A DNA stretch of 51,444 bases from sequence record DRR723986_5609; one strand, written 5' to 3'. Below the pieces are notes generated by a model. The model did not search any database, was not told where the DNA came from, and saw only the letters and a program-made list of their open reading frames with translations. A program made the position numbers and the translations under genes. This document shows positions 18,833 to 29,977 of the stretch, in pieces (positions within the stretch are counted from its first letter, which is position 1; each line of letters begins with the position of its first letter).

Positions 18833-20263
18833 TCAGCGTCGCGGCAGGTATTTCAGCGGATCGACGGGCTTGTTGCCCTGGCGCAGTTCGAAATGGAGCT
18901 GCGGCTGGTTGACTGACCCAGTCGCGCCCGCCAGTGCAACCACGTCGCCGCGGCGGATCGTATCGCCCCGCTTGACCTTCAACTCGCTGTTGTGTGCATA
19001 GGCGGAGACCCAGCCGTCATTGTGACGAACGAGGATCAGGTTACCGTAGCCCTTCAGTTCGTTGCCTGAATAGATCACAGAACCGTCGTCCGCAGCATGA
19101 ACAGGTGTTCCCTCAGGAACAGCAAGATTCACGCCCTCGTTCTTGCCACCACCCGGTTTCGCGCCGAAGTCGGAGATGATACGGCCACGAACTGGCCACC
19201 GGAACTTGGCATCCGCGCTATCGTCTTCCTGAACCTTGGCAACGACAGTTGGCGTCTTGATCGGTTCTGTGGGCCGGGCTTCCTGCGTGAGAGCGGGCTG
19301 TGGCAGCTTGGTTTTCTCTACCGTTCCCGACGGTGCCGCAGCAACAGGCTGAGAGCCCGCGGACGAAGTTTCTGGCTGACGGCGCGGTGTCGGCACGCTC
19401 GAGGAAGACGATCCGGACGAAATGGAAGCTGTGGTCAGAGTCTGATCGGATCCACCGGGCTTGCGCCTCGGCAAGGTGCTGACGCGAACAACGTCGACCT
19501 TGCCCTGGCTGATATCAGCAAATGTCGGCTGCTGACCGTTTTTCTGATCAGGCCTCGGCATCGTCCCGACAGACGTCGGCACGGAGCCAGTGACAACATT
19601 ATCGCTTCGCCCAGCTGTCGGCAGTTTGACCTTGCCGCTTTCGCCTTCAGTCGTGCTCGTTGAACCGTTTCGTTCAGCGTAAACGTAAGTCGGGATGATG
19701 ACGCTCTGGCCCGGCTGTACCTTTGCCGGGTCGTCGATGCCATTGACAGCAACAATAGCCTGGATCGGAACACCATACCGGCGTGCCATGGAACTGATGG
19801 AATCACCCTGACGCATTTGCACCCGGGTTCCGCCGGCAGATGTCCACCCTTTCCAGCTCCTCACATTCCCGGCCGATGCCACCGCTTCAGGTGCGGGCTG
19901 TGTCGCAACTGGTGCTGCGCGGACAGGTGTAGGACGCTGAGCCGTCGTCACCGGCGCCGGCAACGGCGCAGACTGGACAGATGGCGCTCTGTTCGGGATG
20001 GACCCCGTCGTCACCGGCTGGGATGAATTCTGTGGAAGCCCTGCGGCGGTCCCTCCAGGCCCATTCACGATATCCTGGTATGTCGGCTGCTTCTGGCCGC
20101 CGTTGAGAATATCCCGCTGATTCTGGGTATTGCCCGTATAATAGGGTGGTTCACCAAATCGCTCGACCGCGCTGGAACATCCCGCGAGAGCAACAGCAAC
20201 CAGCGACACTGTCGCTACCTTGCCCATCAGATCCCTGCGGAGGGTACGCTTCCGCTTCATCAT
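18833..20263 (-). CDS. nlpD: LysM + M23 lipoprotein (NlpD/LppB/DipM-like)
   Basis: Lipobox LAGC; LysM GDSISSMARRYGV; M23 domain FRWPVRG...GYGNLILVRH...YAHN...LHFELR. Follows surE-pcm. Confidence 0.9.
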   Translation of the reverse strand: MMKRKRTLRRDLMGKVATVSLVAVALAGCSSAVERFGEPPYYTGNTQNQRDILNGGQKQPTYQDIVNGPGGTAAGLPQNSSQPVTTGSIPNRAPSVQSAPLPAPVTTAQRPTPVRAAPVATQPAPEAVASAGNVRSWKGWTSAGGTRVQMRQGDSISSMARRYGVPIQAIVAVNGIDDPAKVQPGQSVIIPTYVYAERNGSTSTTEGESGKVKLPTAGRSDNVVTGSVPTSVGTMPRPDQKNGQQPTFADISQGKVDVVRVSTLPRRKPGGSDQTLTTASISSGSSSSSVPTPRRQPETSSAGSQPVAAAPSGTVEKTKLPQPALTQEARPTEPIKTPTVVAKVQEDDSADAKFRWPVRGRIISDFGAKPGGGKNEGVNLAVPEGTPVHAADDGSVIYSGNELKGYGNLILVRHNDGWVSAYAHNSELKVKRGDTIRRGDVVALAGATGSVNQPQLHFELRQGNKPVDPLKYLPRR

Positions 20264-20490
20264 CGCCTTAACTCTAACCGCTGACTGTGGCTGTTATGGT
20301 TAAGAGTAGACGGCAGTAAGGTTTATAAAGGCTAAAGACGGTTGACGCTTTCGCTGAAAAACAACGATTTCTCAGTATTGAAGCAAACCAGAAAGCCAGC
20401 AATCGCGCCGATTATAGTAAATTTGAACAGGCAAGTGGTCGAGTAAGCTCAACGAATGCATGGGCCCAAGAATCGAAATGAAACACCGTT

Positions 20491-21183
20491 CTAGAGCTTC
20501 TTGGCGATTCCCGGCTGCAACATGACCGTCCGCACCATCATCAGCGTTTCCGCAGTCACAACACTCTCGGTTTTCTGGAACTTGATCAACGGCTGGGCCT
20601 TTTTTGCCTGACCGACCGGCGCGATCAGGATGCCTCCCGGTTTCAGCTGCTGCAGCCAAGGGTCTGGCACTTCTTCCACTGCCGCGTTGACGACAATCCT
20701 GTCGTAGGGGCCTTTCTGGCGAAACTCGCTCAAGCCGTCGGCCTGCCGGGCATTCACGTTCGTGAGTTTGAGCGCCTCAAAACGTCGTGTTGCCAGATCC
20801 GTCAAGGTGGCGAACCTGTCGAGCGTTTCCACCTGGGCGGCCAGATGGGACATAACGGCTGCCTGATAGCCGGAACCGGTCCCTATCTCCAGAACCACGT
20901 GACTGGAGTCGATTGCTAGCGCCTGTACTGTGAAGGCAACGATTGAAGGTGCTGAAACGATCTGCCCGCATTCGATCGGCAGCATTGCGTCTTCATAGGC
21001 AAGACTGTGATGGCGTGCGGACAGGAAAAGGCGCCGAGGGACGCGTTCAATTGCAGCCAGTACGTCCCTCGCCCCGACACCGCGCTGTCGCAGTGCCAGA
21101 ACCAATGCAGCGCGGGCTTCCGCTTCATCCGGCAAAGCGGACGCCATCGTCCTGTTTTCCTTGCCGGGCAATTGACCGGCCAT
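20491..21183 (-). CDS. pcm: Protein-L-isoaspartate O-methyltransferase
   Basis: VPRRLF, GQIVSAP, VLEIGTGSGYQAA, GPYDRI, QLKPGG; surE-pcm-nlpD synteny. Confidence 0.95.
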   Translation of the reverse strand: MAGQLPGKENRTMASALPDEAEARAALVLALRQRGVGARDVLAAIERVPRRLFLSARHHSLAYEDAMLPIECGQIVSAPSIVAFTVQALAIDSSHVVLEIGTGSGYQAAVMSHLAAQVETLDRFATLTDLATRRFEALKLTNVNARQADGLSEFRQKGPYDRIVVNAAVEEVPDPWLQQLKPGGILIAPVGQAKKAQPLIKFQKTESVVTAETLMMVRTVMLQPGIAKKL

Positions 21184-21203
21184 GAACCGTTCCCCCTCAG
21201 GGT

Positions 21204-21962
21204 TTACCCCAAAGCCTCCGCCAAGTGTGTCACCAGGTCGTGGGCTGTCAGATCTATGCGTAGCGGCGAAACGGAAACATATCCATCCGCAATTGCCTGC
21301 AGATCGGAATTATCAAGTACGGATTTGCCGCGATCCTGAAAACGCAGCCAGTAATAGGGATAACCACGCCCGTCTGAACGCTCGTCGATGGAAAGTCCGC
21401 TTTGTTCATGGTGCCCCTGTACGGTAACCTTGATCCCCTTCACGTCCTTTGCGTCACAGGCTGGAAAGTTGACATTCAACAACGTATATTGCGGAAGTTC
21501 GAAATCGATCAGCCTGCGGAAGAGCGCTGGTGCGTGGGCTTCAGCGGTCGAATAGTCCGGCTCGGCACGCACATCCCAGTTGTAAGCCTGTGAAACGGCG
21601 ATCGACCTGATCCCGAGGATGGCTCCTTCCATCGCTCCGGCAACAGTTCCGGAATAGGTCACGTCTTCAGCGAGATTCTGGCCCCTGTTAATTCCCGACA
21701 GCACAAGATCCGGCAAACCGGGAAGCACCTTGCGCACGCCCATGATCACGCAATCGGTTGGCGTCCCTTTCAAGGCGTAGTGCCGGTCGTCGAGCTTACG
21801 AAGGCGCAGCGGGTCGCTCAGTGTCAGGGAATGGGCAACACCACTCTGGTCGGTTTCAGGAGCGATTACCCAGACATCGTCGGAAAGTGTCCTGGCAATG
21901 TTTTCCAGAACCGTCAGCCCGGGAGACTGAATTCCGTCGTCATTGGTGATGAGGATACGCAT
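21204..21962 (-). CDS. surE: 5'/3'-nucleotidase SurE
   Basis: [37 protein letters not shown]. Confidence 0.99.
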   Translation of the reverse strand: MRILITNDDGIQSPGLTVLENIARTLSDDVWVIAPETDQSGVAHSLTLSDPLRLRKLDDRHYALKGTPTDCVIMGVRKVLPGLPDLVLSGINRGQNLAEDVTYSGTVAGAMEGAILGIRSIAVSQAYNWDVRAEPDYSTAEAHAPALFRRLIDFELPQYTLLNVNFPACDAKDVKGIKVTVQGHHEQSGLSIDERSDGRGYPYYWLRFQDRGKSVLDNSDLQAIADGYVSVSPLRIDLTAHDLVTHLAEALG

Positions 21963-22027
21963 CTCGATCTTTGCTCCGTTTTCCCGCGAGCTCTTCTGAC
22001 TTCAGGTCCGAAGAGCCCCAAATGAAG

Positions 22028-22059
22028 ATGGACGGCAAACTTGCGCGGTTGCCGTCCAT
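22028..22059 (-). terminator. Hairpin in serS-surE spacer (terminator or mRNA-stabilising stem)
   Basis: ATGGACGGCAA / TTGCCGTCCAT 11-bp perfect stem; weak U-tract. Confidence 0.5.
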
Positions 22060-22151
22060 TGCAATCAAAATTCCGGCGGTATGCTGCGGCTGAACGCCAG
22101 CGCTCACGATCCACGCAATGCCGATCAGGCCGCCCTTCTCACCGCTCCCGC

Positions 22152-23432
22152 TCAGCCGATCTTTTCCAGACCACCCATGTAAGGTCGCAGAACGTCGGGA
22201 ACGGTGATCGTGCCATCGCCATTTTGATAGTTTTCCAAAACGGCAATTAATGCCCGGCCAACTGCGATACCCGATCCGTTGAGGGTGTGCACGTGGAGCG
22301 GTTGCTTGGAGTCGGTGGGCCGGAACCTTGCATTCATGCGGCGCGCCTGAAAGTCACCACAAACGGAACAGGACGAAATCTCGCGGTAGGTATCCTGCCC
22401 GGGCAACCAGACCTCGATGTCGTAGGTCTTGCGTGCACCAAAGCCCATGTCGCCGCTGCACAAGGTCATCACCCGGTAATGCAGGCCGAGTTTCTGCAGA
22501 ACTTTCTCCGCGCAGCCCAACATGCGTTCCAGTTCGTTGAGCGAGTCTTCCGGCTTGGTAACGGAAACGAGTTCGCATTTCTGGAACTGATGCTGGCGCA
22601 GCATTCCACGCGTATCACGCCCGGCAGACCCGGCCTCGGAGCGGAAACAATAGGTGAGTGCAGTCACGCGAAGCGGCAGTTGATCTTCTGGGAGGATCTC
22701 ACCGGCAACCAGATTGGTCAGCGGTATTTCGGCCGTCGGGATCAGGTAGTGATCCGTGGTGGTCTTGAAGAGATCTTCCTCGAATTTCGGCAGCTGACCG
22801 GTCCCGTAGAGCGGATCGCTATGAACCAGAAGCGGCGGCGAAACCTCTGTATAGCCGTTTTCCTGGGTGTGCAGGTCAATCATGAACTGGCCAAGAGCAC
22901 GTTCCAGCCGGGCAATCTGACCCTTGAGGATCACGAAGCGCGAACCAGACAGTTTGGCGGCTGCGGCAAAGTCCATGCCGCCGAGGTCTTCGCCCAGCTC
23001 ATAGTGTTCTTTCGGTGCTTCATTGAACGTGAAGACCGGTTTGTCACCGTGAGTCTTCAGAAGCACGTTGCCGGCTTCATCCTCGCCCACCGGAACATCG
23101 TCATGCGGCAGATTGGGGATGACGGCCATGGCCGCTTCCAGATCGGCAATGAGCTTACGCTCTTCTTCTTCACCCGACTGAATGAAAGCCTTGATCTGTG
23201 CGACTTCGTCAATCAGCTCCTGCGCACGCGCGTCATCGCCCGAGCCCTTGGCCTTGCCGATTTCCTTGGAGGCGGCGTTGCGCCGTTCCTGGGCTTCCTG
23301 AAGTTTGGTGATATGGGAGCGGCGGGAATCGTCCAGTGCGATCAGCTTGGCTGCGGAAGCTTCATATCCCCGTTTAGCCAAAGCCTGGTCAAAGGCGACT
23401 GCGTTTTCCCGTATCCATCTAATATCAAACAT
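22152..23432 (-). CDS. serS: Serine--tRNA ligase
   Basis: [60 protein letters not shown]. Confidence 0.99.
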   Translation of the reverse strand: MFDIRWIRENAVAFDQALAKRGYEASAAKLIALDDSRRSHITKLQEAQERRNAASKEIGKAKGSGDDARAQELIDEVAQIKAFIQSGEEEERKLIADLEAAMAVIPNLPHDDVPVGEDEAGNVLLKTHGDKPVFTFNEAPKEHYELGEDLGGMDFAAAAKLSGSRFVILKGQIARLERALGQFMIDLHTQENGYTEVSPPLLVHSDPLYGTGQLPKFEEDLFKTTTDHYLIPTAEIPLTNLVAGEILPEDQLPLRVTALTYCFRSEAGSAGRDTRGMLRQHQFQKCELVSVTKPEDSLNELERMLGCAEKVLQKLGLHYRVMTLCSGDMGFGARKTYDIEVWLPGQDTYREISSCSVCGDFQARRMNARFRPTDSKQPLHVHTLNGSGIAVGRALIAVLENYQNGDGTITVPDVLRPYMGGLEKIG

Positions 23433-23503
23433 CTTCGCTTCCCGAACGACGGTCGTTTCAATCAAATCCGTCTGTCAATCCGGGAAGCGCAGCGTTCAAA
23501 GCA

Positions 23504-24304
23504 TCAAGCGGCCGCATCCTCGGCTTCGCGTTGAGCCTCCCTTTCGGCACGCTGGCGTTCCACCAGTTTGACGGACAGAATGGAGACTTCGTAGAGAAGC
23601 AGCGTAGGCAGCGCAAGACCGATCTGCGAGATCGGGTCGGGTGGTGTCAAAATTGCAGCAGCAGCAAAGGCACCAACAATCGCATATTTGCGTTTCTGGC
23701 GAAGCGTATCGGAGCTCACCAGGCCTGCCCTGCCGAGCAAGGTCAGCACCACCGGCAACTGGAACACCAGGCCGAAGGCGAAGATCAGGATCATGATCAG
23801 GCCCAGGTATTCACTCACCTTGGCAAGATGCTGAATGGCAACCTTACCGGTGGCCGCAGCCTGTTCCTGAGACAGGAAGAAGCCCATGGCCATGGGCATG
23901 ACCAGGAAATAGACGAGACAGGCCCCGATCAGGAACAGAACAGGCGTTGCGACCAGAAACGGCAGGAACGCGCCACGCTCATGCTTGTAGAGCCCGGGCG
24001 CCACGAACATGTAGATCTGGCTAGCCACGACAGGAAAAGCCAGAAAGAGGGCTCCGAAAAGCGCGAGCTTCAACTGGGTAAAAAACCATTCCTGCGGCGC
24101 GGTGAAGATCATCTCCACCGGGTGGCCCTCTCCTGCAGCGCGCAGGTAAGGCACAGTCAGGATGTTGTAGATATCCGTGGCGAAATAGAAGCAGATAACG
24201 AACATCACGAGGATCGCACCGATCGACCACATAAGTCGTTGGCGCAGTTCGATCAGATGTTCGATCAGTGGCGCCTTCGAGGCGTCGATTTCGTCCTGGC
24301 TCAT
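23504..24304 (-). CDS. tatC: Twin-arginine translocase subunit TatC
   Basis: PLIEHLIELRQRL, FVAPGLYKHER, FQLPV, TPPDPISQ. Confidence 0.99.
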   Translation of the reverse strand: MSQDEIDASKAPLIEHLIELRQRLMWSIGAILVMFVICFYFATDIYNILTVPYLRAAGEGHPVEMIFTAPQEWFFTQLKLALFGALFLAFPVVASQIYMFVAPGLYKHERGAFLPFLVATPVLFLIGACLVYFLVMPMAMGFFLSQEQAAATGKVAIQHLAKVSEYLGLIMILIFAFGLVFQLPVVLTLLGRAGLVSSDTLRQKRKYAIVGAFAAAAILTPPDPISQIGLALPTLLLYEVSILSVKLVERQRAEREAQREAEDAAA

Positions 24305-24729
24305 GCCTTTACATCTTCCGTCACCGGCGCGGTTTTCGGCTTTGCCTCGGTTTCAGCCTGGGCTGTTTCCGTAGGAGAAACCTTGTCCGCATTTGCGCTG
24401 TCTGCCGGCGGCGACGCCGGTTCGCTGGCTGCCACTTTTGGCTTGTCGGCTTTCTTGGTCGCGTCTTCTTCGATGGATTTTTTCAAATCACCCAACGGAT
24501 TGAAGTTGGCGGCCGATTCGACCTGCTTCTTCATGTCAGCGATATCGGCCTGTTGTTCGGCCTCACGCAGCGCGTCGTTGAAGGTCGACTGGAACTCACG
24601 CGAAAGCTTTCGCATCTTCCCAATCGTCTGGCCAAGTGTGCGCAGCATGCGCGGCAAATCCTTTGGCCCCACGACGATGATCGCCACACAGGCGATCACC
24701 AATAGTTCGGTCCACCCGATATCGAACAT
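24301..24729 (-). CDS. tatB: Twin-arginine translocase subunit TatB
   Basis: MFDIGWTELLVIACVAIIVVGPKDLP. Confidence 0.98.
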   Translation of the reverse strand: MFDIGWTELLVIACVAIIVVGPKDLPRMLRTLGQTIGKMRKLSREFQSTFNDALREAEQQADIADMKKQVESAANFNPLGDLKKSIEEDATKKADKPKVAASEPASPPADSANADKVSPTETAQAETEAKPKTAPVTEDVKA

Positions 24730-24770
24730 GAGATGTATCGTCCCTTAAGGAGACGCGATGCAGATTGAGA

Positions 24771-24995
24771 TCAGCTCGCTTTGGTCTGATCTTCGGCGTT
24801 CACGGACGATGCCGTTTCGCTGCTCTTGTGGTCGATGGTCTTCGGAGAGTCGGCTACGTCGTCTTCGGCCATGCCCTTCTTGAAGCTTTTGATTCCCTTT
24901 GCAACATCACCCATGAGATCGGAAATCTTGCCACGTCCGAACAGCAGAACAACGACCACTGCGATGATCAAGATCTGCCAAATACTAATGCCCAT
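24771..24995 (-). CDS. tatA: Twin-arginine translocase subunit TatA
   Basis: [37 protein letters not shown]. Confidence 0.98.
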   Translation of the reverse strand: MGISIWQILIIAVVVVLLFGRGKISDLMGDVAKGIKSFKKGMAEDDVADSPKTIDHKSSETASSVNAEDQTKAS

Positions 24996-25121
24996 ACGCC
25001 AAACTCCTGATAATCGGCTTTAAAAGCCCTTAGGCCCTTCTTACAAAAACGGCCCACTCCCTGCAACATGCCAGTCTATTTGATTTCGATCACTTAGACG
25101 GAATGATAAGTTGCCCTCCCC

Positions 25122-26261
25122 TTAGACTTGGGAAGGTGAACGCGGAAAAACAAGCACGTCTTTCGGATCAGTCGTGACGGCAACGTCCATTCCACACTCC
25201 CAGGGACTGCCCGCACGAACCCTTGCCTGGAGGAGATGATTGAGCCCGTCAATTGCAATAGACAACAAATCGACCTCGCCGACGAATCGTTTCGAACGAA
25301 TTCTGCCGGGAACACCGCACAATCCGGCATTGTTCAGGACAACGCCTTGTGGCCGAACGCAAACATCAACCTTCTGCCCCGGCGACAAACCCTCCGATGA
25401 CAAGACGCCGACCGGCGTTTCGACACCTGCCGGGGTCACAACACCTTCCAACTGGTTCAGTTCCGAAAAGAACCTGGCGGCAAACAGGTCGACGGGCGCC
25501 TTGTAGAGATCTGCGGCCGTACCGTGCTGAACTAGGCGTCCCTGGCGCATCAGTGCGATCTTGTCGCCCATGCGCATGGCTTCTTCCGGATCGTGGGTCA
25601 CAATGATGCAGGTGGCGCGCGTTTCGCGAATAACCGCGAGCGTTTCATCGCGCACATTGTCACGAAGACGTTTGTCGAGACCCGAGAATGGTTCGTCCAT
25701 CAGGAGAATGCCGGGCCGGGGAACCAGTGCACGGGCCAGCGCGACACGCTGCTGTTCACCACCGGAAAGCGCGTGAGGATAGTCGGCTGCATAGTCCGCG
25801 AGACCGACGCGACCGAGAGCACTCAGGGCGGCGGTCTGGGCTTCCCGTCTTGGCATGTTGGTCAGGCCGAACATTACATTCGCCAGAATGCTCATATGCG
25901 GAAAAAGCGCGTAATCCTGGAACATCAGGCCGACACCGCGCTTTTCAGGAGGCTGAAACAGTTCATCGCCGGCAATTTCCCGGCCGTTGATCAGCACCCT
26001 GCCCTTGCTCTGACGCTCAACGCCTGCGGCAATACGCATCAATGTGGTCTTGCCGCAGCCGGAATGACCAAGCAGACAAAGGATCTCGCCTGGTGCGATG
26101 GACAGGCTCAGGTCCTGAACCGATGTCACGCCATCATAATCGTGAGACACATTCTCAAAGACGAGACCTGCGGCGATGGTCGCCCCGGCTGTTCCGGGCG
26201 CACCCCAGCTCAGTGTATGGCCATTGCCATTGGTTGAAGTCGGCTTTTTGCGATCGGGCAT
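25122..26261 (-). CDS. ABC transporter ATP-binding protein, FbpC/PotA type with C-terminal TOBE-like domain
   Basis: GHSGCGKT, FQDYALFPH, LSGGEQQRVALARAL, LLMDEPFS, VTHD. Confidence 0.92.
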   Translation of the reverse strand: MPDRKKPTSTNGNGHTLSWGAPGTAGATIAAGLVFENVSHDYDGVTSVQDLSLSIAPGEILCLLGHSGCGKTTLMRIAAGVERQSKGRVLINGREIAGDELFQPPEKRGVGLMFQDYALFPHMSILANVMFGLTNMPRREAQTAALSALGRVGLADYAADYPHALSGGEQQRVALARALVPRPGILLMDEPFSGLDKRLRDNVRDETLAVIRETRATCIIVTHDPEEAMRMGDKIALMRQGRLVQHGTAADLYKAPVDLFAARFFSELNQLEGVVTPAGVETPVGVLSSEGLSPGQKVDVCVRPQGVVLNNAGLCGVPGRIRSKRFVGEVDLLSIAIDGLNHLLQARVRAGSPWECGMDVAVTTDPKDVLVFPRSPSQV

Positions 26262-26968
26262 CAGGATCCGGCGGTCTCGTCCGCGTCATCATCGTCAAAC
26301 AGAGACCCGTCTTCTAGTGGATCCTCATCTTCCGTCAATGCGATATCGTCATTGGGTGTCGGCACAAGGAACGAGGCCGGCACGGCGCTGTCCAGAAGCC
26401 CAGCTCCCTTCAGCTCCTCAAGTCCCGGCAAGTCTCGGACATTCTCCAGACCGAAGTGGATCAGGAAATGATCGGTGGTCCCGTAGGTGACGGGACGGCC
26501 GGGAGTTCTGCGGCGTCCACGCATTCGTATCCATGTCGTTTCAAGCAGAACATCAAGCGTTCCCTTCGAGGTGGAAACGCCTCGGATTTCTTCAATCTCG
26601 GCGCGCGTGACCGGCTGATGATAGGCGATGATCGCAAGCGTCTCGAGTGCTGCGCGCGACAATTTGCGCTGCTCTTCGACGTTCCGGTGCATCAGATAGG
26701 CTAGATCCTCAGCCGTTCGGAAACACCATTTTCCGGCGACCCTGACCAGATTGACACCTCTTGAGGCGTAGGTGTTCTGCAACTGCTCGAGAAGGCTCAA
26801 CACATCCGTGCCTTCAGGCAGACGTAGTGTCAGCTCTTCAAGCGACAGCGGCTCGGACGAGGCGAACAGCAACGCTTCAACCATGCGAAGGCCGGCCGGA
26901 TCCAGAGACTTTGATGGAGCGGTTTCCTCGTCGTTTTCCAACTGCAGAAGATCGAAATCAGACGCCAT
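26261..26968 (-). CDS. scpB: SMC-Scp complex subunit ScpB
   Basis: EALLFAS.EP, LSRAALETLAIIAYHQPVTRAEIEEIRGV, GRP..YGTT..FL..FGL. Confidence 0.98.
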   Translation of the reverse strand: MASDFDLLQLENDEETAPSKSLDPAGLRMVEALLFASSEPLSLEELTLRLPEGTDVLSLLEQLQNTYASRGVNLVRVAGKWCFRTAEDLAYLMHRNVEEQRKLSRAALETLAIIAYHQPVTRAEIEEIRGVSTSKGTLDVLLETTWIRMRGRRRTPGRPVTYGTTDHFLIHFGLENVRDLPGLEELKGAGLLDSAVPASFLVPTPNDDIALTEDEDPLEDGSLFDDDDADETAGS

Positions 26969-27797
26969 GATCCGGCTCCTTCATGACGGCACGGATATAA
27001 ACCGGTGAAAAAGGTTCGCCCTGCCGGATTTCGACCTGACCTTCGCGCACCATCTCGAGACTGGCGCTGAAGGTGCTTGCGACAATCGTCGCCCAATCCT
27101 TGTTGTCGTAGAGATAATCGCGCAGATAGGCATTCATTGGGGCCCATTCACCGACCCGGCCAACCAGTTTGGTGAGCAGTTCGCGCGCTTCCTGCAGCGA
27201 CCATACCGTCCTGCGCAACACACGGACGGAGGTTACGGATTGCCTTTGGCGCTGCGTGGCATACGCAGACAGCAGATCGTAGATGGAAGCGTCCCAGATA
27301 CTCTTGTGTTGCACCGACATGGTTTCAGGTTCACCACGATGGAACACGTCTCGTCCCTGTCTGTTCCGGGTCAGGAGTTTTTCGGAAACCTCCCGCATAG
27401 CCTCCAGACGCCGCAAACGGAAAGCGAGAGCCGCGGCAAGTTCCTCACCTGTCGGTTCGTCCTCATTCTTCTGCTCAGGCAGCAACAGTTTGGACTTCAG
27501 GAAGGCAAGCCATGCAGCCATGACCAGATAGTCCGCGGCCAGCTCCAGCCTCATCCTGCGGGCTTCGGCCACAAATTCCAGGTATTGTTCGACGAGTTCG
27601 AGAATGGAAATACGCGCAAGATCTACCTTTTGCGTTCGCGCCAGGCCTAACAGGAGGTCGAGCGGGCCTTCGAAACCTTCCACATCGACAACAAGTTGCG
27701 GATCGGAACTCGCACGCTCCTCGGGAGTGCTGACAGAACTGAGAAGATCGTAGGAACCATCCTGCTGTCTCTTCGAGCTGTTTTCCATTTCCGCCAT
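26958..27797 (-). CDS. scpA: SMC-Scp complex kleisin ScpA
   Basis: FEGPLDLLL, LELAADYLVMAAWLAFLKSKLLLP, F.ASLEMVREG. Confidence 0.97.
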   Translation of the reverse strand: MAEMENSSKRQQDGSYDLLSSVSTPEERASSDPQLVVDVEGFEGPLDLLLGLARTQKVDLARISILELVEQYLEFVAEARRMRLELAADYLVMAAWLAFLKSKLLLPEQKNEDEPTGEELAAALAFRLRRLEAMREVSEKLLTRNRQGRDVFHRGEPETMSVQHKSIWDASIYDLLSAYATQRQRQSVTSVRVLRRTVWSLQEARELLTKLVGRVGEWAPMNAYLRDYLYDNKDWATIVASTFSASLEMVREGQVEIRQGEPFSPVYIRAVMKEPDHGV

Positions 27798-27808
27798 TGC
27801 CGCTCCGG

Positions 27809-28828
27809 TCAAACGCCCTGCCAGCCGGTCAAGGAGTGAAACTCATCAAAGGCCGCAAGCCTGTCAAATTCCGGATCGGGAACCTGAAAACCGCTCAAGG
27901 CCGTCTCGCAACGCCGCCTGGCTTCACCCGAAAGCTCGGGCACCACCTCCGCGACTGCAATCATTTCATCCATATCACCATTGCAGTGCAAAACGATGTC
28001 GCACCCTGCCTCGATGATTTTGCCGGACCGATCCTCAAAACTGCCTCCGAGCGCCTTCATGGAAATGTCGTCGCTCATCAGACAGCCGTCGAAGCCGATT
28101 TCACCCCTGATGATTTCCTGAATGACTTTCGCGCTCTGCGTCCCAGCTGTATTCGGATCGATCCCCTCGTACACAATATGGGCTGTCATCCCCAATGACA
28201 CGTGAGAAAGGGCCTTGAAGGGCCGGAAATCCACGCTTTCCAAAGAAGAAATGGCCGCATTGACACGCGGCAGCTCCAAATGACTGTCGACACGTGCGCG
28301 TCCGTGGCCCGGAATATGTTTGATCACGGGCAACACGCCACCCGCCAAAGCACCTTCCGCCATCGCCTTGCCGAGTATTGCAACGACTTCCGGGTCCTGT
28401 GAAAAAGCCCTGTCTCCGATAGCATCGACAGTTTCAGGGAACCTGACATCCAGACAAGGCAGGCAATCGACAGTTATGCCGACCTGGTAGAGATCATCTG
28501 CAATCAATCGCCCGGCAAGCCAGGCAACTCTTTGTCCCGCTGCAGCGTCCCGGTCGTACAGATCACCGTATGCCTTCGGTGCCGGATACTTTGGCCAATG
28601 AGGTGGCTTCAACCGTTGCACCCGGCCACCTTCCTGATCCACCAGAACGGGAGCATTGCTCCGGCCTACAGCTTCTCTAAAAGCCGACGTGAGTGTCCTG
28701 ACCTGTTCCGGCGTTTCGATGTTTCGCGCGAACAGGATCAGTCCCCAAGGGTCTTCCTGCTGGAAAAAGTCGATTTCGGAACTTGTCAGGGTCGGTCCGG
28801 CACACCCGGATACAAAGGCTTTGGTCAT
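27809..28828 (-). CDS. nagZ: Beta-N-acetylhexosaminidase NagZ (GH3)
   Basis: GLILFARN, DQEGGRVQRL, KHIPGHG...DSH, MSDDISM. Confidence 0.97.
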   Translation of the reverse strand: MTKAFVSGCAGPTLTSSEIDFFQQEDPWGLILFARNIETPEQVRTLTSAFREAVGRSNAPVLVDQEGGRVQRLKPPHWPKYPAPKAYGDLYDRDAAAGQRVAWLAGRLIADDLYQVGITVDCLPCLDVRFPETVDAIGDRAFSQDPEVVAILGKAMAEGALAGGVLPVIKHIPGHGRARVDSHLELPRVNAAISSLESVDFRPFKALSHVSLGMTAHIVYEGIDPNTAGTQSAKVIQEIIRGEIGFDGCLMSDDISMKALGGSFEDRSGKIIEAGCDIVLHCNGDMDEMIAVAEVVPELSGEARRRCETALSGFQVPDPEFDRLAAFDEFHSLTGWQGV

Positions 28829-28945
28829 TGATCCGGCTTAGCCGCAGCGCCGGGAGCCGTCAAGAAATGCAAGTGCTGCCTCTTGCACCCTTGTCACTAT
28901 CTTGCAATCTAGACGACCTTCGTCCCAGATCTGATTGGAGCCCCC

Positions 28946-29959
28946 ATGCGCGCGCGTCTCGACATTCCTGCCGGCACCCTGCACCGTTTTTCCCATAGAT
29001 CTGAAATCCTTGGACGAAACCGGCTGGGAGACACGGCAACGCGCGAGATCCACGTCTATACCCCTCATGGTCATGACGGCAGCGGCTTGCCGCTTCTGGT
29101 GGATATCGTCGGATTTACCGCCGGCGGCCCGGCCCACACGAACTGGAAGAATTTCGGTGAGAACGTACCGGAGCGGCTCGACCGGCTCATCCATGACGGT
29201 GCCATGCCACCTGTTGCAGTCGCTTTTCCCGACTGTTTCACGCGTCTTGGCGGGAACCAGTACATCGACAGCGACGCTATGGGGCCCTGGGCAACCTGGC
29301 TGACAACCGAAATGCTGGAAGATGTTGAAAATCGCTTCAAGTGCGGCGGCACCGGCAAGCGCGGTATCTTCGGAAAATCCTCAGGCGGCTACGGCGCCAT
29401 CATTCATGCGATGAAACACTCAGACGTCTGGTCTGCCGCCGCCTGCCATTCCGGTGACATGGCGTTTGAACTTTGTTACCTGCCCGAAATGCCAAGCGCA
29501 TTGAGGGCAATTGCAAAAGCGGGTTCAATCGAAGCCTTCGTCCGGGATTTTGAAAAGGGTCCGAAATATCCGGGCAATTCTCTTCATGACCTGATGACCT
29601 TTGCCATGGCTGCAACCTACGATCCGGATCCCGATCCGGAGGTCTTTTGCGGCATCCGGCTGCCTGTCGATCCGGAAACATGCGAACTCATTGAAGAACG
29701 CTGGAATACCTGGCTTAAGTGGGACCCTGTGCATATCGTAGGTCATCACATCGATGCGCTGAAATCCTTGAAGGGGCTATGGATCGAATGCGGCGACGTC
29801 GATCAATACAACCTGGTCTATGGTGCGCGCCGCCTGCACAGGAAACTGAGCGAAGCCAACGTTGACCACGTCTATCAGGAATTCAGCGACAATCATTCCT
29901 CAGTGGATTACCGGCTGGATGAAAGCCTGCCGTTTTTGGCAGAAAAGCTCAGTCACTGA
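28946..29959 (+). CDS. Alpha/beta-hydrolase, enterochelin-esterase-like putative esterase
   Basis: Nucleophile elbow GKSSGG, candidate Asp (ECGDVD) and His (DNHSS), VYTPHGH motif; no signal peptide. Confidence 0.85.
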   Translation: MRARLDIPAGTLHRFSHRSEILGRNRLGDTATREIHVYTPHGHDGSGLPLLVDIVGFTAGGPAHTNWKNFGENVPERLDRLIHDGAMPPVAVAFPDCFTRLGGNQYIDSDAMGPWATWLTTEMLEDVENRFKCGGTGKRGIFGKSSGGYGAIIHAMKHSDVWSAAACHSGDMAFELCYLPEMPSALRAIAKAGSIEAFVRDFEKGPKYPGNSLHDLMTFAMAATYDPDPDPEVFCGIRLPVDPETCELIEERWNTWLKWDPVHIVGHHIDALKSLKGLWIECGDVDQYNLVYGARRLHRKLSEANVDHVYQEFSDNHSSVDYRLDESLPFLAEKLSH

Positions 29960-29977
29960 CCGTTGGCGCCAGGCATC

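Noticed and set aside
18714..18833. Absence of rpoS after surE-pcm-nlpD
   Set aside because: Normal for Alphaproteobacteria, which lack RpoS.
20280..20350. TTAA/TAA-rich half-sites upstream of nlpD as a CtrA box
   Set aside because: No correctly spaced TTAA-N7-TTAA pair; too degenerate to call.
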